Below, in pieces: positions 1 through 8,803 of a stretch of DNA of 64,000 nucleotides (positions within the stretch are counted from its first letter, which is position 1; each line of letters starts with the position of its first letter). The notes under the pieces were generated by a model. The model ran no database searches, was not told the DNA's origin, and saw only the letters and a list, made by a program, of their open reading frames with translations. The stretch is from an uncultured Actinomycetes bacterium. Its GTDB lineage: Bacteria > Actinomycetota > Thermoleophilia > Solirubrobacterales > Solirubrobacteraceae. The position numbers were made by a program, and so were the translations under genes. The stretch is taken from NCBI GenBank assembly GCA_963825485.1, contig CAWGTK010000003.1, forward strand, positions 1,429-65,428. The letters run 5' to 3'.

Positions 1-180
1 CATTCGGCCCCTCCTTGCCGCCCTGGCTGACGAGCACGAGCACGACGACGATCGCCGCGGCCACGCCGAGCACGCCGCCGAGCTGCAGCAGCCGCCGGCG
101 CCGCCGCTCCGCCTGGGCCTGCTCACGCTCGCGGGCCTCGCGCTCGGCGCGCGCTCGCGCCTTCTGTTCCTGTCGGCTGC

Positions 181-438
181 TCATGTGGTCTCCTTCTGCC
201 CGGCCTGCTCGCGGGCGTCGTTGATCAGGGTACGGAGGTCGGTGGCGACCTCGGTCGGGTTCAGCGCAACCCCGGCGGGGTCCTTCGCTCGCAGCCGGCC
301 GCCGGCGTCGACGAGCCAGACGGCTGCGGTCTGGGTGCTCGTCTGCGGTCGTCCAGCCAGCTGAGGCGCCGCGTAGTACGCGTTGCAGACCGGCCTGAGT
401 TGCGCGTCGGATCCGATCGCGTAGTGGAAGTTTGCCGG
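181..438 (-). pseudogene. 3' remnant of a SCO1/SenC-like thioredoxin-fold copper chaperone, out of frame with its own CPDVC motif
   Basis: The frame of ORF 261..2237 reads ...GRPYALTFLYTPCPDVC (SCO-type motif) ending at 438. Only the -1 frame then reads sensibly: PANFHYAIGSDAQLRPVCNAYY...AAVWLVDAGGRLRAKDPAGVALNPTEVATDLRTLINDAREQAGQKETT, with TGA at 181-183. About 45 aa normally found after CPDVCP are missing. Confidence 0.5.
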
Positions 439-1496
439 CAGACGTCCGGACAGGGCGTGTAGAGGAACGTCAGCGCGTACGGGCGCCCGCGCAGCGCCCT
501 CGCGGCGATTCGCCCGCCCCGCGCATCGGCGAGGTCGAACGCCGCGCCCGGGCCGCCCGCCAGGCCGGACGGCAGCCGGCTGGCATGCAACACGCCCGCG
601 ACGCCATCAAGCCAGCGCGGCAATGCGAGCAACCTGCGCTCGCGGGCCCGCGCGAGGCGCGGCGACGGCCACAGCACAGCCAGCCCTACGAACGAGATCA
701 CGAGCACGGCGCTCGCCGCCCACGCCAACAGCCAACTCGGGAGCGGCAGGCTCTCCCCGCCGGCGATGTCGTGTGCCTGCGCCGCCGCCGGGGAAACCGG
801 CGCGGCCACCAGCGGCGCGCTGCCCGTGGTCAAACGCGATGCGGGGCCGGCCTGCGCGGCCGGCGGCCCGCTCGCGCGCAGGGCGGCGCAGGCGATCTTC
901 GCCGCATGCGAATGCCCACCCGCGGCACCGGCGGCCGCCGTGCCGGAGCCTGCGGCGTGGTGCTCATGCCCGGCGGCGGCGGCTGGCGTCGACGTGCCGG
1001 CAGCCGCCGCCGCGGGGTTCGCGGGCGCATCCAGATGCACGACGACCGAGCCTGCTGCGCCGGCGCCGACCCGCCTCGCGCTGTGCACCCGAGCGCTGGC
1101 GTGGCGCGTCGCATTGGACGCGAAGCGCAGATGGATCTCGTTGGGCGGCGTGTCGGTCCCGCCGGGGTCGAACTTGAAGTGCGGCCCACCGGGGTCGGGC
1201 TGGTTGCACGTGCCCTCGTGGACGTGCGCCAGGTAGCGGACGTTGGGCTTCAGTCCGCTCAGCGCGATCGACACGTCGCTGCCGCCGCCCGCAATGTCGG
1301 TCAGCTCGGCAGTGCCGGCGAGATCGGTGAATCCGCCGGGCGCGTCCGGGACGAGTGCGAATACCCCGGGTGGGGCCGCGCCGCTGCCCGGCGTGTCCGC
1401 GCCGGCGCCTGCACCGTCGGTCTGTCCGGTGCAGGCGCTCAGCCCGCCGGCCGCGAGCAGGCTCGCCAGCGCGGCGGTGATCGTGTGTCTCGACAC
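439..1496 (-). CDS. Lipoprotein with a Cu/Zn-superoxide-dismutase-like domain. The same frame runs on without a stop into a TM helix and the N-terminal half of the SCO-like domain.
   Basis: GTG at 1496 lies just below the PepSY stop. Lipobox LAAGGLSAC. SOD-like motifs HVHEGTCNQPDPGGPHF and KIACAAL. His-rich HEHHAAGS..GGHSH. Then LLAWAASAVLVISFVGLAVLW and FDLADARGG...CPDVC. The 3' boundary is unresolved. Confidence 0.55.
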
Positions 1497-1513
1497 GGAG
1501 GTTGGCCGGCCGT

Positions 1514-3226
1514 TCAGGCCGCCAGGGCCCTGTCGTCGGGGCTGCCCTTGCCGCTGGTCATGTACATCGCGTACATCCCGATCAGCCCGACCGCCAGGAA
1601 CACGACGCCGAGCGGCCGGCTCCAGGCCCACGCCAGGAGGGTCAACGTGGTGTTTACGCCCCACTCCTCGTCGGGGTTGCCGATGCCCGGAGCGACGAGC
1701 ATGAACAGGCCGAGCGTGGCGGCGATGACGGCCTTGTAGGCCTCCAAGCCGGGCTTCAGCGGCGCGCCCTGCTTGGCCATCCGAGCGGTCGCGCTCTTCG
1801 CCTTCGGTGTGCCGCGCGCGATCTGCCACCACAGCATTCCGCGCTCGACGACGAGCCATACGAGGAGCGACAGCGCGAGCGTCGGCAGCGCCCAGGCGAG
1901 CACGAGCACGATCGCCAGCAACGCCAGCGGCGCGTTGCGCAGCCAGGCGCGGATCGGCGGTGGCTCGCCCATCCCGCCCTTCGGCCGGCGCTGCCACCAC
2001 ATGCGGTAGCCGAACACGACCAGCGCGATCACGCCGATCGCCAGCAGCGTCATGAAGATCTGCGATCCGACGCCGAACAGCTGAGCCTGGTGGAAGGCGA
2101 TCCCGGCGGTCGACAGCTGGTTGAACCAGTGCGCCGTCGAATAGTCGAACCGTGACGTCACCTTCCCGGTCGCGCCGTCGACGGCGATCTCGTCGCGGTT
2201 GATCGGGAACCGCTGGCGCTCGCTCGTCGCCTTCCACGCCGTCTTGTCATCGGTCGGCAGCGTGATCCGGTACGGCGTCGGCAGGTTCACCTCGCTTGCC
2301 CGCCGCTTGACCTTGTCGATGTTCGCCACGGCGCTCGAGCCTGGGGCGGCGCCGGCCAGCGCGGTGTCGGCGCCACCTGCCTGCGGCGGCTGGAGGATCG
2401 CCGTCTTCGCCGTCTCGTAACGCGGGCCGGAGTACTTCGTCCACGTCAGCCCCGTCACGACGACGAAGAACATCGGCACGATGAGCGCGACGCCGATGAA
2501 GTTGTGCCAGTCCTTGCTCTGGCGCCGGCCCCGCATCCGGCGCCGGAACCCGAACGCCGCGCTGCCGCGCTTGCGCAGGCCGGGCCACCACAGGTACAGG
2601 CCGGACATCAGGCTGACGAGAAACCACGCGCCCGCCAGCTCGGTCAGCGGGCGCGGCCCGTCGCCGAGCAGCCAGTTGGAGTGCAGGCCCCTGAAGCGGG
2701 TGTCGGAGTTGTTGGTCTCCTTGACCTCGCCGGTGACCTTGCCGGTCGCCTGGTCGACGTAGACGTCGACCGCGTCGGCCGGCGCGCTGAACCCGTCCTC
2801 GCCACCCGGCGGGTCCATCACCACCGCCGTGTTCAGGTCGTTGCTGCCCGGCACCGCGTGCCCGGGGATCACCGAATGCACGCCCCAATCGGGATGCTTG
2901 GCCTGCGCCGCCCTGACCTGGTCGGCGAGCGGGACGCGTACCTGCCCGGAGGACGGCTTGATCGCGTCGCCGAAGCGCAACCCGTCGATCTGCGCAGACC
3001 AGGCGAACAGGATGCCCGTGATCGCCAGCGAGAGCACGACCGGACCGGCGAGAAAGCCCCCGACGAAATGCAGCCGCCACATGATCGGACGCAGCAGCTT
3101 GGAGCGCTTCGCGCGGCGGCGATCGGCATCGCCGGCGCCGCTCGCGGCGTCGGCCTGGTCCTGCTCGGCGATCTGATCGCCGACGAACGGGATGTCGCCG
3201 ACGGGCGGCGTGTCGATGGTTGCCAT
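1514..3226 (-). CDS. PepSY-associated TM-helix protein (PiuB/FoxB-type family) with an extra C-terminal membrane segment
   Basis: ATG at 3226 (MATIDTPP) is 2 nt after the upstream stop. Typical segments RLHFVGGFLAGPVVLSLAITGILFAW, DWHNFIGVALIVPMFFVVVTGLTW and IAFHQAQLFG. Confidence 0.85.
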   Translation of the reverse strand: MATIDTPPVGDIPFVGDQIAEQDQADAASGAGDADRRRAKRSKLLRPIMWRLHFVGGFLAGPVVLSLAITGILFAWSAQIDGLRFGDAIKPSSGQVRVPLADQVRAAQAKHPDWGVHSVIPGHAVPGSNDLNTAVVMDPPGGEDGFSAPADAVDVYVDQATGKVTGEVKETNNSDTRFRGLHSNWLLGDGPRPLTELAGAWFLVSLMSGLYLWWPGLRKRGSAAFGFRRRMRGRRQSKDWHNFIGVALIVPMFFVVVTGLTWTKYSGPRYETAKTAILQPPQAGGADTALAGAAPGSSAVANIDKVKRRASEVNLPTPYRITLPTDDKTAWKATSERQRFPINRDEIAVDGATGKVTSRFDYSTAHWFNQLSTAGIAFHQAQLFGVGSQIFMTLLAIGVIALVVFGYRMWWQRRPKGGMGEPPPIRAWLRNAPLALLAIVLVLAWALPTLALSLLVWLVVERGMLWWQIARGTPKAKSATARMAKQGAPLKPGLEAYKAVIAATLGLFMLVAPGIGNPDEEWGVNTTLTLLAWAWSRPLGVVFLAVGLIGMYAMYMTSGKGSPDDRALAA

Positions 3227-3228
3227 GG

Positions 3229-3366
3229 CTACTGGCCGGTGAGGACGAGCGCGATCGTCACGACGGCGAACGCGAACATGGATGCGGTGATCAGCCATGC
3301 CGGCGGGGCCTTGGCTCTGGAGCGAGGCGCCTGGGCGGCGGGATTCGGCGAATCGGACTGGGTCAT
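3229..3366 (-). CDS. 45-aa single-TM protein coupled to the PepSY gene
   Basis: AGGAGAG SD upstream of ATG 3366. Sequence MTQSDSPNPAAQAPRSRAKAPPAWLITASMFAFAVVTIALVLTGQ. The stop is 2 nt before the PepSY ATG. Confidence 0.6.
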   Translation of the reverse strand: MTQSDSPNPAAQAPRSRAKAPPAWLITASMFAFAVVTIALVLTGQ

Positions 3367-3459
3367 CGAAGCTCTCCTGGGGTTGAGACGCGTGGTCGGC
3401 GGTGGTGGCGAAGCACCGCATCCCGAAGCCGTCGCTCGGACGCCTTCGGGATGGTCAGG

Positions 3460-3516
3460 GCGCGCCCATCGGATGGCGCGTCCTCGTCGGGCGATGCGCG
3501 ACCATCGGATGGCGCG
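3460..3516. repeat. Two 21-nt direct repeats GCGCG(C/A)CCATCGGATGGCGCG, 36 nt apart, each with the palindromic core CCATC-G-GATGG
   Basis: Read directly at 3460-3480 and 3496-3516. They lie in the ORF-free gap upstream of the 3366 start. Confidence 0.8.
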
Positions 3517-3690
3517 CACCTTCACCGGTGCGAGGTCGGCGAGCGAGCTTCGGGTCCCTATCGCCGGACTCGCACCGGTCGCCGGCCATCGCGCCCCCGG
3601 ACGCGGAGGTGCGATCGGCCGCCGGACCTCCAGGCGAAGCGGGTGACCCGGTGGCCGTGGCAGCCTGTGGTCGTAGACGCCCGAGGGCGG

Positions 3691-4017
3691 CTACGGGTGG
3701 AGCAGCACCGGCGGCGGACGGTTGGCGAGGGAGAAGCAGATGACGATCCGGCTCTGCGCCGTGGCCGGACGCGTGTGCGGAGGTTGGAGTCGAGCGCGAT
3801 CTCGCCGCGGGGATGGGCGCACGCGGCGTGCGCGCAGCCGCTCGATCGTCGCCTCGCCCGGCAGCCAGCCGGTCAGGAGCACGAGCGCAAGGCCGAGCGC
3901 AGGGGTGGCCATGAGCAGCACGACCGGCGTCACCAGGACGCTGGCGAGCACGAGCACGAGCACGGCCGCGAGCACCGTCGCGCGCAGCCGGCGTGTGTCG
4001 CGTGCCCGCAGGCTCAT
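3691..4017 (-). CDS. Small 2-TM membrane protein, paralog of 4325..4666
   Basis: MSLRARDTRRLRATVLAAVLVLVLASVLV..LLTGWLPGEATIERLRARR...LANRPPPVLLHP. An alternative in-frame ATG at 4251 has a strong AAGGAGG SD. Confidence 0.45.
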   Translation of the reverse strand: MSLRARDTRRLRATVLAAVLVLVLASVLVTPVVLLMATPALGLALVLLTGWLPGEATIERLRARRVRPSPRRDRARLQPPHTRPATAQSRIVICFSLANRPPPVLLHP

Positions 4018-4324
4018 CGCGCAGGCGGCCGCCGTCGGATGCTGAGCCCGCCGGCCGCGGCCGCCGGCCGTGCCGCGGGCGCGAGGCCGCGGGCGATGCC
4101 GGGTCCCGGGTACGTGAACCAGTCCGCTTTCGCCAGCGTCGTGCGGTAGGCGCCCGGCAGGAACTTCAGGTTTCAGCAAGCCGGTAACCGAGGCGGCGCC
4201 GGGCGCGAGGGCCACGACGACGGCATGACGAGCGTGCGCGCGGGCGTCCATGACGCCCTCCTTTCGAGGTTCACAACGACAGACGAGGCGGCCTACGCCC
4301 CCATCGGTCGACGGAACGCGCGGC

Positions 4325-4666
4325 TCAGCGGTGCGACAGCACAGCGGCCGCGGCAGGCGGCGGACGCATCGCGAGCGCCGCCGCGAGCAGATAGCCCACA
4401 CGACGCACGACGACCGTCAGCTCGCGCTGCGGCACACACGACCGGCCCCGCAGATGCGCCACCGCAGAGCGCTGGCGACGCCAGCGATCGATCAGCGCCT
4501 CGCCGGGAGCGATGCCGTGCAGCAACAGCAGCGCCAAGACAACGGCCGGCGCCAACAGCAGCGCCACTGCCGAGCCCACGATGAAGATCAGCAACGCGCC
4601 GACAACGAAACCCAGAACCGGCAACGAAACCAGGCGCGCACGTGAGATGACCCCCGACAGACCCAT
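4325..4666 (-). CDS. Small 2-TM membrane protein, paralog of 3691..4017
   Basis: LPVLGFVVGALLIFIVGSAVALLLAPAVVLALLLLHGIAPGEALIDRWRRQR...LAMRPPPAAAAVLSHR. It shares the PGEAxIxRxR and RPPP motifs with its neighbour. Confidence 0.5.
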   Translation of the reverse strand: MGLSGVISRARLVSLPVLGFVVGALLIFIVGSAVALLLAPAVVLALLLLHGIAPGEALIDRWRRQRSAVAHLRGRSCVPQRELTVVVRRVGYLLAAALAMRPPPAAAAVLSHR

Positions 4667-4859
4667 ACCGCGCGAACTTGTACCACGCCTGACAACGTCA
4701 CAACACCTCTACGACCTCTCCTCCCACGCACGATCCTGCGAGCCGCGCGGACGAAGCCGGCCCCGCGGCCGGCACGGGGATGCGCTGCGACGCCTCGTCG
4801 TTCGGACGTGAAGCACGCGTTGCGCTCGAGCTCGGCGAACGCCAGCGCGATCGCTGCGA

Positions 4860-5717
4860 TCAGGCGCGCGGCGACGTCGCCGGCTCCCGCGCACGGTGCG
4901 CAGGTGCGCCGTCGGCGGGATGCTCGCCGGCCGCCACCGTGCGCCGTGCCACGCAGACCGGCCGGCCGTCGACCGGATCGGCGATCATCGTCGCGTGGAC
5001 GCCGAACACGTCGCGCACGAGGCCGGCGGTGATCACGGCGGCGGGCGGCCCGTCCGCGACGATCAGACCGTCTCGCATCACGACGACCCGGTCGGCGTGA
5101 CGGGCGGCGTGGTTGAGGTCGTGCAGCACCATGACGATCGTCGTCCCGCGGACGCGGTTGAGCCGTACGACGAGCTCGAGGATCTCCAGCTGGAAGCGCA
5201 GGTCGAGGAACGTCGTCGGCTCGTCGAGCAGCAGCAGGTCGGTGTCCTGCGCGAGCGCGAGCGCGATCCACGCGCGCTGGCGTTCGCCGCCCGACAGCTC
5301 CGTGAGCGGCCGCTCGGCGAACGCCGTCATCCCGGTGTCGGCGAGCGCGGCACGCACGCTGGCATGGTCCTGGCGCCCGAGCATGCGCAGCCCGCCGACA
5401 TGCGGGAAGCGGCCCTGCTCGACGAGCGCGCCAACCGTCAGCCCGTCGGGCGCCACGGGTCCCTGCGGCAGGACCGCGAGCCGCCGCGCGATCTGGGCCG
5501 ACGACAGGGTCGTCAGCGCGCGGCCGTCGATGTACACGGTCCCGCGGTCGGGGGCCACGAGCCTCGCGAGCGCCTTGAGCAGCGTCGACTTGCCGGCGCC
5601 GTTGGGCCCGACGACCGCCGTGATGCCCGCGGCCGGAAACGTCAGGTCGACGTCTGACAGCACGTCGCGCCCGCCATACGCATGCCCGATACCGTCGCCG
5701 CGAAGGATCTCGCTCAT
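4860..5717 (-). CDS. Fe-siderophore-type ABC importer ATPase (FepC/FecE-like)
   Basis: Walker A GPNGAGKST, signature LSGGERQR, Walker B LLLLDEPT. The ATG at 5717 overlaps the permease stop (ATGA). Confidence 0.92.
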   Translation of the reverse strand: MSEILRGDGIGHAYGGRDVLSDVDLTFPAAGITAVVGPNGAGKSTLLKALARLVAPDRGTVYIDGRALTTLSSAQIARRLAVLPQGPVAPDGLTVGALVEQGRFPHVGGLRMLGRQDHASVRAALADTGMTAFAERPLTELSGGERQRAWIALALAQDTDLLLLDEPTTFLDLRFQLEILELVVRLNRVRGTTIVMVLHDLNHAARHADRVVVMRDGLIVADGPPAAVITAGLVRDVFGVHATMIADPVDGRPVCVARRTVAAGEHPADGAPAHRAREPATSPRA

Positions 5718-6763
5718 CGGCCCATCCGCGCCTGCGAGCGCAGCAAGAGGACCGTGAAGACCGGCGCGCCGACGATCGCGACCGTGACCCCGACCGGGAG
5801 CGTCGGTGACGTGATGAGCCGCGACGGGAGGTTCGCGGCGAGCAGCAGCAGCATCCCGAAGAGGGCGCTGAGCGCAAACAGCCGGCGGCAGTCGGCGCCC
5901 GCGAACGGACGCGCCATGTGCGGGGCGACGAGGCCGAGGAACCCGATCGCCCCGACGACCGAGACAGCCCCGGCCGTCAGCGCGACGGCGACGGCGAGCA
6001 GCCCCACGCGCGCGCGCCGGACGCCCAGCCCCAGCCCCGCCGAGATCTCGTCGCCGAGTTGCAGCGCGTTCGCGAAGCCCGCGCTCGCCAGGCCGAGTGG
6101 CAGGGCGACGAGCGCCCACGGCCAGATCGTGCCCCAGTGCAGCCAGGTCAGGCCGTCGAGCGATCCGATCGTGAACAGCAGCACCGCCCCGATCTGGGTC
6201 GGATGCAGCAGCAGCAGCAGCGACGACGCCGAGGTCAGCATCGCGCCCACGAGCACACCGGTGAGCGTGACGCGCAGCGGGTTGCCGCCGCCCGCCCGGC
6301 TCAGCAGGTAGACGGTCGCCCCGGCCAGCAGCCCGCCCACGGCGGCCAGCAGCGGCAGCGCGGCGCCGTTCGCGCCGCCGGGTCCGTAGACGTTCCACAG
6401 CACGACGAACAGCACGCCGCCCGGGCCGATCCCGATCAGCGTCGGCTCGACGAGCGGGTTGCGCAACACCGACTGCAGCAACGCGCCGGCCAGCCCCAGC
6501 ATCGCTCCTGCGACGAGCGCGATGAGCGCTCCCGGCAGGCGCAGCTGGACGATGATCAAACCGGCGACGGGGTCGCCCTGGCCGGTCAGCGCGGCCACGG
6601 TGCGCGACGGCGAGATCGTCACGCTGCCGAGGCCGACGTTCAGCACGAACAGCAGTCCGACCGCGATCGCGGCGCCGACCCCGGCGAAGGCGGGCCGGCG
6701 CAACGACGAGCCGGCGGCGCCCCGGTCGAGCGCCCTGACCGGGGCTGCGGTCGCGGTCGTCAT
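5714..6763 (-). CDS. FecCD-family ABC importer permease
   Basis: RLPGALIALVAGAMLGLAGALLQSVLRNPLVEP and GFLGLVAPHMAR. ATGA overlap with the upstream permease. Confidence 0.9.
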   Translation of the reverse strand: MTTATAAPVRALDRGAAGSSLRRPAFAGVGAAIAVGLLFVLNVGLGSVTISPSRTVAALTGQGDPVAGLIIVQLRLPGALIALVAGAMLGLAGALLQSVLRNPLVEPTLIGIGPGGVLFVVLWNVYGPGGANGAALPLLAAVGGLLAGATVYLLSRAGGGNPLRVTLTGVLVGAMLTSASSLLLLLHPTQIGAVLLFTIGSLDGLTWLHWGTIWPWALVALPLGLASAGFANALQLGDEISAGLGLGVRRARVGLLAVAVALTAGAVSVVGAIGFLGLVAPHMARPFAGADCRRLFALSALFGMLLLLAANLPSRLITSPTLPVGVTVAIVGAPVFTVLLLRSQARMGR

Positions 6764-7794
6764 GCGCGCGCCGCCCGCTCCTGCAGGTGCATGACCCACA
6801 GGAAGACCGGCACGCCGAGCAGCGTCAGCCAGACGCCGACGGGGACCTCGAGCGGGCTGAACGCCAGCCGCGCCAGCAGGTCCGCCGCCGGCAGCAGCGT
6901 CGCGCCGAGCAGCGCGGACGCCGGCAGGACGACGCGGGCGTCGACGGTGCGCAGGGCGCGGCGCACGACGTGCGGGGCCAGCAGCGCGACGTAGGGGATC
7001 GGCCCGGCCACGGCGGCGACCGCGCCGACCAGCACAGCCGACAGGGCGAGCAGGAAGACCCGCATGCGCACGACGTTCAGGCCCAGCCCCTCGGCCACGT
7101 CGTCGTCGAGGCGCATGAGGTTCAGCCGCCGCCAGGAGGCCATCGCCAGCACGAGCCCGATCGCCGCGAACGGGGCGAGGAGCCGGACGTCGTCCCACGT
7201 CTGCCCCGACAGGCTGCCCAGCAGGTAGGAGAACAGCAGCTGGGCCTGGAGATCCTCACCGAGCGCGACGATCCCCGCCACGCCGGCCGACAGCATCGCC
7301 GAGACTGCGGCGCCGAGCAGGACCGTGCGCACCGGGTCGCTCGCGCTCAGCGTCACCGCAAGGACGAAGCCGCCGGCGACCAGGCCGCCGAGCAGCGCCG
7401 CCCATGGACGCAGGACGTACGGAACGGGGAGCGCGAATACGACGATCGCCGCCATGACGATCCCCGCTCCGGCCGATACGCCGAGCAGTTCGGGTCCGGC
7501 CAGGGGATTGCGCAGACCGTCCTGCAGCAGCACGCCCGTGACGCCGAGACAGGCGCCCGCGACGATCGCCAGCACGAGCCGAGGCAGTCGCAGCTCGAGC
7601 ACGAGGATGTGGTCCAGGCGCGGCCCGCCACCGCCGAGGGTCTCGACGAGCTCACGCGGATCGAGGTTGGGCCCGCCGCGCATAACGCTCGCCGCTGCGA
7701 CCGCGACCAGCACGACCGCCAGCGCGAGCGTCCAGAGCGCGACACGCGATCGGTCTCTGCGCGGCGGCGTGCCGGTCGCGTCGGCCCGGCTCAC
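6760..7794 (-). CDS. FecCD-family ABC importer permease
   Basis: RLPRLVLAIVAGACLGVTGVLLQDGLRNPLAGP and YVALLAPHVVR. The GTG at 7794 overlaps the binding-protein stop (GTGA). Confidence 0.88.
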   Translation of the reverse strand: MSRADATGTPPRRDRSRVALWTLALAVVLVAVAAASVMRGGPNLDPRELVETLGGGGPRLDHILVLELRLPRLVLAIVAGACLGVTGVLLQDGLRNPLAGPELLGVSAGAGIVMAAIVVFALPVPYVLRPWAALLGGLVAGGFVLAVTLSASDPVRTVLLGAAVSAMLSAGVAGIVALGEDLQAQLLFSYLLGSLSGQTWDDVRLLAPFAAIGLVLAMASWRRLNLMRLDDDVAEGLGLNVVRMRVFLLALSAVLVGAVAAVAGPIPYVALLAPHVVRRALRTVDARVVLPASALLGATLLPAADLLARLAFSPLEVPVGVWLTLLGVPVFLWVMHLQERAARA

Positions 7795-8789
7795 GTCAGC
7801 GGCGCCGGGATGTCCTCGGGGTACAGCAGCGGCATGAGCTCGTCGAGCGAGAGCCCGACGGCTCGAGTTCCCTGCGCCGTGTGGGCCCTCGCGTCGACCT
7901 CGTAGACGCGCTTGTTCTTGACCGCCGAGAGCTTGGACCACAGTGGGTTGGACGTCAGGCCCTTCGTCAGCGACGGATCGCCGGGGAACGTCACCGACAG
8001 GATGACGTCGGGATCGTCCTTGAGCACTCGCTCCAGCGAGTATGGGATGTCACCCGCACCATCCTCCTCGACGCCGGCCGGGACCTTCCACGGATACGGG
8101 TTGACGGCCGCCAGCGTGGAGCCGGCGACCGACGTGTTCGTCGAGATGCCGAGCTCCTTCGGCGACCCGTAGATGATCAGCGGAATGACGTCGTCGGGCG
8201 ACGCCTCCCTGTAGGCGGCGATCCTCGCCTCGAGCTTGGAGACGGCCGTCTCGGCCTGCGTCTCGCGGCCCGTCAGCTTCGCGATGTCGCGCAATTGCTT
8301 GATCGTGTCGGTGTACGGACCCGGTCCGACGAGGTACAGCGGCGCCCGCGCCTCGATCGCGCTGCGGAACTTGTCCTGGCGCCCGGCGGCCCCGATGACG
8401 AGGTCGGGCTGCTCGGAGACGACGTCCTCGACGTTCGGGGCGAACAGCGTCCCGCGGATCCGGCCGAGCGCCTTCGCCTTGTCCGGACCGAAGTACGCCG
8501 GCTCGGCGGCGGTCTTGCGACCGATGTCCGTGACCCCCGTCGTGCTCAACCCGAGCTCGGCGACGATGTCGACGCAGGTCACGCTCATGCACGCGATCTT
8601 CGTGACGGCCTGGTCGACGGTGACCTTCGTGCCGCTCTTGTCGATCACGGTGACCGGGAACTTCCCGCTCGCCGTCTGCGCGCTCGCCGCGCCGTCCGAG
8701 TTCGATTCGTCATCGCCGCACGCGCCGATCGTCAGCGCCAGCGCGGCCGCGGTCGCCGCCGCGACGACCCTCCTTCGTGTGCCCCTCAT
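7791..8789 (-). CDS. Substrate-binding lipoprotein, Peripla_BP_2 (FhuD/FecB-like) type
   Basis: Lipobox LTIGAC. PNVEDVVSEQPDLVIGA. The junction with the upstream gene reads TAG-GGGGAG-8 nt-ATG(8789). Confidence 0.88.
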   Translation of the reverse strand: MRGTRRRVVAAATAAALALTIGACGDDESNSDGAASAQTASGKFPVTVIDKSGTKVTVDQAVTKIACMSVTCVDIVAELGLSTTGVTDIGRKTAAEPAYFGPDKAKALGRIRGTLFAPNVEDVVSEQPDLVIGAAGRQDKFRSAIEARAPLYLVGPGPYTDTIKQLRDIAKLTGRETQAETAVSKLEARIAAYREASPDDVIPLIIYGSPKELGISTNTSVAGSTLAAVNPYPWKVPAGVEEDGAGDIPYSLERVLKDDPDVILSVTFPGDPSLTKGLTSNPLWSKLSAVKNKRVYEVDARAHTAQGTRAVGLSLDELMPLLYPEDIPAPLT

Positions 8790-8803
8790 GGTCTGCACTC
8801 CCC

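Noticed and set aside
3460-3516. Possible mini-CRISPR or REP-like array
   Set aside because: There are only two repeat copies, the spacer is short, and there is no cas context. It is treated as a candidate operator pair instead.
3229-3525. The full 98-aa version of the small ORF upstream of the PepSY gene
   Set aside because: The N-terminal 53 codons run through the 21-nt DNA repeats, which gives the repeated RAIRW. The strong SD sits in front of the internal ATG at 3366, so only the 45-aa version is kept.
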